Shown here in pieces: positions 26,463 through 32,000 of a stretch of 32,000 nucleotides of DNA (within the stretch, counting starts at the first letter, position 1; each line of letters begins with the position of its first letter). Both the position numbers and the translations under genes were made by a program. Below the pieces are notes generated by a model. It was not told the origin of the DNA. It worked only from the letters and a program-made list of their open reading frames with translations, and did no database searches. Source of the stretch: Fastidiosibacter lacustris (lineage in GTDB: Bacteria; Pseudomonadota; Gammaproteobacteria; Francisellales; Francisellaceae); the NCBI RefSeq assembly GCF_003428155.1, contig NZ_QLIR01000014.1, positions 16,533-48,532 on the forward strand. The letters are read 5' to 3'.

Positions 26463-27299
26463 ATGATTAAGCATATATTATATAGGAAGGTAGTATGGGT
26501 AGTGGCGTTAATTTTCAGTATGAATCGTATTTACTCAGCAATGTTACCTGCAGAAGAAACGATCATAGCTGCAAAACTCATTAATGCTCAAGATAATATT
26601 TATAGTATTGTATTAACAAAAGACTTATCTAATCAAATTGGTACTTGGTTATATGATAGTGTTGGTAATCAAGTCAGCCTTGAATATAACCTTGGAACAT
26701 TCGTTAATATAAGTAATGCCTATATTTTACCAATTGACATAAACAGTAATCAAAATACACAACATGTATTATTGTTTTTATCTAGTGTCACTCAACTAGA
26801 AAAACTTTTACAAATAAACTTTAGTACAACGACTTTTGGGGTTGATTCATCTGTAGATATTACGCCAGGATCATTCCCTAGAGCACGAATGACTTATATG
26901 CCTTTGGTTATTCCTAATGGTACGGCAAATGCTTTTTTGGTATTACCTTATCAAAATAGTATTGATATTTATCTATATACACCTAGCTCAGGAACGTTAG
27001 AATTTGTCAGACAGATAAATTTTAGCGGAGAGACCATTAAGCGAATACTACCATTTAAAGGTTTCATCATTGTAATTTCTGAAGACGACACAACCCCCCC
27101 AATGGGTTCTGCACATTTTATTGCATTAGCTGTGGATACAGAGTTTGCGACATTTAATTTGGCAACAACGGCTGGAGTATATATTAGCTATGATCGAACA
27201 CAGCAAAGGACTTTGCTAAAAACGACAGCTGATAGCGTTGGTATTGAAATTCAAAATGCACCTATGCCTTATGGTGTGATAGGCATGCAAATGGTTTAA
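26463..27299 (+). CDS. Secreted hypothetical protein cotranscribed with the pilin-CBM protein
   Basis: Signal-like N-terminus VVWVVALIFSMNRIYSA; repetitive beta-strand-like pattern; starts 10 bp after the upstream stop. Confidence 0.7.
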   Translation: MIKHILYRKVVWVVALIFSMNRIYSAMLPAEETIIAAKLINAQDNIYSIVLTKDLSNQIGTWLYDSVGNQVSLEYNLGTFVNISNAYILPIDINSNQNTQHVLLFLSSVTQLEKLLQINFSTTTFGVDSSVDITPGSFPRARMTYMPLVIPNGTANAFLVLPYQNSIDIYLYTPSSGTLEFVRQINFSGETIKRILPFKGFIIVISEDDTTPPMGSAHFIALAVDTEFATFNLATTAGVYISYDRTQQRTLLKTTADSVGIEIQNAPMPYGVIGMQMV

Positions 27300-27357
27300 A
27301 ATTAGATCGAATTCTCAAATTGTTTCTATATCTAGAGTGTATTATAATGCCGGCACT

Positions 27358-27434
27358 CGGGGCGTAGCGCAGATTGGTAGCGCGTTAGCATGGGGTGCTA
27401 GAGGTCGTGGGTTCAAATCCCGCCGTCCCGACCA
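27358..27434 (+). tRNA. tRNA-Pro(GGG)
   Basis: 77 nt with CCA; CGGGGCG/CGTCCCG acceptor; anticodon stem TTAGC/GCTAG, loop atGGGgt. Confidence 0.93.
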
Positions 27435-27456
27435 GTTATTTCTACAGCTGGACTTA

Positions 27457-27597
27457 GAGTGTGTCGTAAAACTTAGTTATTTTAGTTTAACACAAGGAAA
27501 ATTCATATTAAGCTATAACTTAAATATAAATTAATGACAAGCAAAACGTTGAGCTTGGTGTGTTATTTGATCAAGTTGACAGTTTTATGACAAACTC
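27457..27597. mobile_element. 141-bp MITE-like element with 17-bp terminal inverted repeats and TTA target duplication
   Basis: Left end GAGTGTGTCGTAAAACT and reverse complement of right end GAGTTTGTCATAAAACT match 15/17; TTA at 27454-27456 and 27598-27600. Confidence 0.68.
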
Positions 27598-27602
27598 TTA
27601 GG

Positions 27603-28280
27603 TTAATCAATAACGTTAACACCATTTGTTTCATTAGCGATTAATAAAACGTCTGCTGGATGAACTGCAAAAATACCATTACAAACAACGCCTGTAATTT
27701 GGTTGATTCGTTGCTCAATACGCAAAGGATTATCGATCATAAAGTTATGAATATCAAGAATAATGTTACCGTTATCAGTGATCACACCTTCTCTATATAC
27801 AGGTTGCCCACCAATTTTCATTAATTCTTTGGCGACATAGCTACGCGCCATTGGAATAACTTCAACAGCTAAAGGAAATTTGCCCAACTGAGTGACGAGT
27901 TTACTTTGATCAATGATGCATACAAATTTATTACTGGCTACACGGCAAATTTTTTCGCGTGTTAAAGCTGCACCTCCACCTTTAATAAGCTCACGATGTT
28001 TATTTGCCTCATCGGCACCATCAATGTAAATGTCAACCTTGCTTGGATAGTTTAAATCAACGACTTCAAATCCATATGCTTTTAACTTTGAAGTAGTTGA
28101 CTCAGAACTTGAAACAATCATTTCTACCTTTGCTTTGGCTTTAACCAGTTCATCGATGAAAAAATTAACTGTTGAGCCTGTACCAATACCAACCACCATA
28201 CCTGGTTTGATGTATTCGATAGCAGCTTGAGCAGCACGTTGTTTTAATTCGTTTTGGTTCACTTTTTTGTTAAAAAACAT
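27603..28280 (-). CDS. rpiA: Ribose-5-phosphate isomerase A
   Basis: [52 protein letters not shown]. Confidence 0.96.
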   Translation of the reverse strand: MFFNKKVNQNELKQRAAQAAIEYIKPGMVVGIGTGSTVNFFIDELVKAKAKVEMIVSSSESTTSKLKAYGFEVVDLNYPSKVDIYIDGADEANKHRELIKGGGAALTREKICRVASNKFVCIIDQSKLVTQLGKFPLAVEVIPMARSYVAKELMKIGGQPVYREGVITDNGNIILDIHNFMIDNPLRIEQRINQITGVVCNGIFAVHPADVLLIANETNGVNVID

Positions 28281-28531
28281 AGTTTATATTATAAGCCAAT
28301 ATTTATGGTAGTTATTGTGGCATAGTTTAAGTTATGCAACAATTTCTTTAGCATGGCTTTTGTAGAATTTAGTTGACGTAAGAACAAACATAGAGCAAGT
28401 AATTATTTTACCTGCACAAACGTTTAAAGTTACGTATGGCCAAAATGCTTTATGGTGTTGATCAATAGTAATGGTGTTTTCTAAGTACTTATTTTAAAAT
28501 TATTGCAATTTAAGCCAATCAGTATTTCTTC

Positions 28532-29452
28532 ATGATTTCGACAAAAGCACTTACAATACGAGCGATTTATCTTAAAAAAATTCGTCAGTATTTTGAGCAA
28601 AAGCATGTTTTAGAGGTGGAGACGCCATTATCTTATCCTTATCCTGTAACGGATCCATATATTGATGCTTTTACTATCGAGACGCAATCAGGAATTCGTT
28701 TTTTGCAAACTTCCCCTGAATATGCAATGAAGCGTTTATTGGCAAATAGCTGTGGTAGCATTTACCAAATATGTAAAGCCTTTCGCAATGATCCAAAAGC
28801 ACAATACCATAATCATGAATTTACGATGCTTGAGTGGTATAGAGTGGGCTTGGATGATGAGAAGTTAAGGCAAGAAATAATGGAAATGTTGTTGTTGCTT
28901 AAACCTAACGCTGTGATTCATAGCTTAAGTTATGGTGAAGTATTTATGAAGGTGTTAGATATAAATCCACATCAAGCACCTCAAGATCAATTACAAACGT
29001 TGGTCAAAGAAAAAATTGGAGACATCGTTGGTTTGGCTTCTCCCAATATGTTTGAATGCTTAGACTTATTGTTTAGTCATTGTATTGAACCGTGGCTTAC
29101 ACAATTTCAATTTGTGTTTATTTATAATTACCCAAAGATGCAAGCAGCACTTGCACGTGTGATGCCCGATAACTCAGGAGAGCTTGTTGCAAAGCGTTTT
29201 GAGCTTTTTTACCAAGGTGTCGAACTTGCCAATGGTTATTATGAATTAACAAATTATCAGGAGCAAAAGCGGCGCTTTGAAAATGATTTAAAGTCACGTG
29301 CAACGCTAGGAAAAATAGCAGTTCCCATCGACAATGATCTTCTTATGTGTTTAGATAATATTCCAGAGTGTTCTGGTGTAGCGCTTGGCTTAGATCGTTT
29401 GATCATGTGCTTGGAAGGGTTTAAGCGAATTGATGAGGTATTATATTGTTGA
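28532..29452 (+). CDS. epmA: EF-P--(R)-beta-lysine ligase (EpmA/PoxA/GenX)
   Basis: Class II lysyl-tRNA synthetase-like core without anticodon-binding domain; VETPLSYPYPVTDPYIDAF, FLQTSPEYAMKRLLA, CRAF-like CKAFRNDPKAQYHNHEFTMLEWYR, GVALGLDRLIM. Confidence 0.93.
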   Translation: MISTKALTIRAIYLKKIRQYFEQKHVLEVETPLSYPYPVTDPYIDAFTIETQSGIRFLQTSPEYAMKRLLANSCGSIYQICKAFRNDPKAQYHNHEFTMLEWYRVGLDDEKLRQEIMEMLLLLKPNAVIHSLSYGEVFMKVLDINPHQAPQDQLQTLVKEKIGDIVGLASPNMFECLDLLFSHCIEPWLTQFQFVFIYNYPKMQAALARVMPDNSGELVAKRFELFYQGVELANGYYELTNYQEQKRRFENDLKSRATLGKIAVPIDNDLLMCLDNIPECSGVALGLDRLIMCLEGFKRIDEVLYC

Positions 29453-29544
29453 TTATTATAACGTTGAGATCATAAGCAATCAAATATAGGCTATGTAAAA
29501 GCATAGTGTTTATTAAGTCGTATAACAAATTTAGAGTAGATAAT

Positions 29545-30498
29545 ATGAATAAACTAGAGCAGTTAAAGAAAATGACAAAAGTGGTTGCTGATACGGGTGA
29601 CTTTGCTCAAATTGAGCAATATCAACCTGTAGATGCAACGACAAATCCAAGCCTATTACTCAATGCCGCTAAAATGTCTGAATATGCTTATGTCATTGAT
29701 AAAGCACTTGCTAAAAGCAAGCATTTGTCGGGCAGATTACGCGTTGAAGAGGCAATGCTTGATCTGGCAGTTGGCTTTGGCGTTGAAATTTTAAAAATCA
29801 TTCCAGGGCGTATCTCAACAGAAGTTGATGCGCGTTTATCTTTCGATAAGGAAGCAACGATTGAATATGCACAAAAGTTGGTGGCTAAGTATGCTGAGTA
29901 TGGCATTGATAAGTCACGTGTTTTGATTAAAGTTGCTTCAACTTGGGAGGGGATTAAGGCAGCTGAAGTGCTAGAGCAAAAAGGTATTAATTGTAATTTG
30001 ACCTTGATGTTTAATATCGTGCAAGCAATTGCTTGTGCGCAGGCAAAAGTCTTTTTGATTTCACCATTTGTGGGTCGTATTACCGATTGGTACATGAAAG
30101 AGCAAGCTACAGTAAACTTTCCAGATGTCAGTGAGGATAATGGCGTATTGTCTGTCAAAGAGATCTATAAACATTATAAGCTTCATGGCTATAAAACAAT
30201 TATAATGGGAGCAAGTTTTAGACATATTGCTCAAGTGGAGGCTTTAGCAGGTTGTGATGCATTGACAATTGCCCCTAGTTTATTGCAACAATTGCAGCAA
30301 GATAATGGTGAACTAATACGCCATTTGTCTCCTGTTGAGCTCGCAAAAGAGTCAGATTATAAAATAAGCGAGGGGGATTTTAGGTGGATGATGAATGAAA
30401 GCCCAATGGCAACAGAAAAGCTTGCCGAAGGTATCCGTAAATTTGCGATTGATACGGTTAAGCTAGAGAAACTCATTGAGAATAAATTAGGACTTTAA
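29545..30498 (+). CDS. tal: Transaldolase
   Basis: [69 protein letters not shown]. The track start at 29506 is likely too far upstream. Confidence 0.95.
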   Translation: MNKLEQLKKMTKVVADTGDFAQIEQYQPVDATTNPSLLLNAAKMSEYAYVIDKALAKSKHLSGRLRVEEAMLDLAVGFGVEILKIIPGRISTEVDARLSFDKEATIEYAQKLVAKYAEYGIDKSRVLIKVASTWEGIKAAEVLEQKGINCNLTLMFNIVQAIACAQAKVFLISPFVGRITDWYMKEQATVNFPDVSEDNGVLSVKEIYKHYKLHGYKTIIMGASFRHIAQVEALAGCDALTIAPSLLQQLQQDNGELIRHLSPVELAKESDYKISEGDFRWMMNESPMATEKLAEGIRKFAIDTVKLEKLIENKLGL

Positions 30499-30501
30499 GT
30501 T

Positions 30502-31704
30502 ATGTCTAAGTCTTTATCGGTTAAAGTTGGCAACATTATCATTGGCGGGGGCGCGCCAGTTGTGGTTCAGTCGATGACAGATACAGCAACAGCAGACGTT
30601 GAAAAAACAGTTGCTCAAGTGTTGGCGCTCTACCATGCGGGTAGTGAACTGGTACGCATTACAGTTAATGATGATGAGGCAGCGCAAGCCGTTCCAGAAA
30701 TTAAAAGGCAGCTATTAAAGCGTGATTGCGATGTGCCGTTGATAGGGGATTTTCATTATAATGGTCACAAGTTATTAGGAGACTTTCCAGAATGTGCTAA
30801 AGCGCTTGATAAATACCGAATTAACCCAGGCAACGTTGGATTTGGACGTAAAAAAGATACTCAATTTGCTGAAATTATTCAAAAAGCAATTGAGTATGAT
30901 AAACCTGTGCGCATAGGAGTGAATTGGGGAAGTTTAGATCAAGTCTTGCTTGCTAAACTGATGGATCAAAACAGTCAATTAAAAGTGCCACTGTCATCGC
31001 GTGAGATTATGCACAAAGCTTTAATTGAATCGGCTTTACAAAGTGCAGAGTATGCACAAGAGCTGGGCTTGGCACCAAATAAAATTATTGTTTCATGTAA
31101 AGTCAGCGATGTTCAAGATTTGATTGAAGTTTATCAAAAGTTAGCAAGAAAATGCCGATACCCATTACATTTGGGATTAACTGAAGCGGGGATGGGAATT
31201 AAAGGTATAGTTGCCAGTAGTGTGAGCTTAGGTTATCTATTACAGCAAAATATTGGTGATACGATTCGAGTGTCTTTAACACCTGAACCAGGTGCACCTC
31301 GCACAAATGAGGTAAAAGTTTGTCGTGAGATTCTGCAAACAATCGGGCTACGTACTTTTACTCCTACAGTTTCATCTTGCCCTGGATGTGGACGCACAAC
31401 CAGTAGCTTTTTTAGAGAGCTTGCTAACGATATTCAAAATTATTTAACAAACCAGATGCCTGTATGGAAAAATCATTATATTGGTGTTGAAAACATGAAA
31501 GTTGCGGTGATGGGTTGTATTGTCAATGGTCCAGGTGAGAGTAAGCACGCTAATATTGGCATAAGCTTACCTGGAACAGGAGAAGCACCTGTGGCACCTG
31601 TTTTTATTGATGGCAAAAAAGTACATACGTTACGAGGCAAGCATATCGCTCAGGAGTTTATGGCGATTGTTGATAAATATGTAAAAGAAAAGTACAGTGC
31701 TTAA
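30502..31704 (+). CDS. ispG: 4-hydroxy-3-methylbut-2-en-1-yl diphosphate synthase (flavodoxin)
   Basis: [88 protein letters not shown]. Confidence 0.97.
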   Translation: MSKSLSVKVGNIIIGGGAPVVVQSMTDTATADVEKTVAQVLALYHAGSELVRITVNDDEAAQAVPEIKRQLLKRDCDVPLIGDFHYNGHKLLGDFPECAKALDKYRINPGNVGFGRKKDTQFAEIIQKAIEYDKPVRIGVNWGSLDQVLLAKLMDQNSQLKVPLSSREIMHKALIESALQSAEYAQELGLAPNKIIVSCKVSDVQDLIEVYQKLARKCRYPLHLGLTEAGMGIKGIVASSVSLGYLLQQNIGDTIRVSLTPEPGAPRTNEVKVCREILQTIGLRTFTPTVSSCPGCGRTTSSFFRELANDIQNYLTNQMPVWKNHYIGVENMKVAVMGCIVNGPGESKHANIGISLPGTGEAPVAPVFIDGKKVHTLRGKHIAQEFMAIVDKYVKEKYSA

Positions 31705-32000
31705 AGAAAGCATTTGTATTGATATTACAGGTAGAAACCATATTGTAGTATTTAAAACTCTTTAATCATTGGAGCGGTTACGTTTGACCAACAACCTGTC
31801 CATCAAGGATTACGGCTTTGTACATTATTTTCTGCCAATTTAAGGCAATCCACATTTATTTTATCAAACTTAGCTGTATTAGTCTAGATATAATCTGACA
31901 TTCATCTTGACTTAGATGAGGTTGCCTGTTTTGATAAACGTGAAACAAAATAAATCAAAAACAGGAGCAACCTCATGTTGGATACTAATAATAAATTCAT

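Noticed and set aside
25851-26474. ORFs 25851..26123 (-), 25951..26145 (+), 26199..26474 (-) within the pilin-CBM gene
   Set aside because: Shadow ORFs created by the repeated module sequence.
27358-27534. tRNA-Pro(GGG) as right attachment site of the 8-20 kb element, and ORF 27337..27534
   Set aside because: It is a complete different tRNA with no copy of the tRNA-Leu 3' end; the ORF is a tRNA read-through artefact.
29688-30158. Minus-strand 156-aa ORF opposite tal, and 61-aa ORF 29118..29303
   Set aside because: Antisense shadows of well-supported genes with no homology features.
31705-32000. Tail after ispG including ATG at about 31975
   Set aside because: Too short to identify; possibly the start of another gene but unsupported.

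Overview
Gammaproteobacterial chromosome segment, AT-rich, possibly of Francisella/Fangia-like affinity (inference only). Left flank (1-7.3 kb) is core genes: glpX 3' end, a YeiE-like LysR regulator, a TDT-family transporter, a coiled-coil membrane protein, cytochrome b561, tsaC/yrdC, hslV, hslU and folA. A five-gene tRNA cluster (Phe-Pro-Arg-His-Leu) follows. Next to tRNA-Leu(TAG) is a roughly 12.5 kb P4-satellite-like or integrative element at about 7.95-20.45 kb. It contains a tyrosine integrase, an orphan ParD-like antitoxin, an unknown 354-aa protein, an AlpA-like regulator, a duplicated Ash/Icd-like structured region that resembles P4-type RNA immunity, an antirepressor-like protein, a TOPRIM primase-like protein, a RepA-like ATPase, an iteron-like TGCAACTTTT cluster, and a cargo zone of intact and decayed toxin-antitoxin modules bracketed by ~57-bp inverted repeats. 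Past the element are a secreted protein, a small lipoprotein, an IS630 remnant, an MFS + ATP-grasp pair, and a two-gene operon whose first product joins a PilX-like N-terminus to about five tandem CBM5/12-like (chitin-binding-like) modules. These are followed by tRNA-Pro(GGG), a 141-bp MITE-like element with TTA duplications, rpiA, epmA, tal and ispG. The strongest leads are the pilin-CBM protein, the duplicated immunity-like locus, the candidate iteron origin, the element boundaries and the toxin-antitoxin graveyard.
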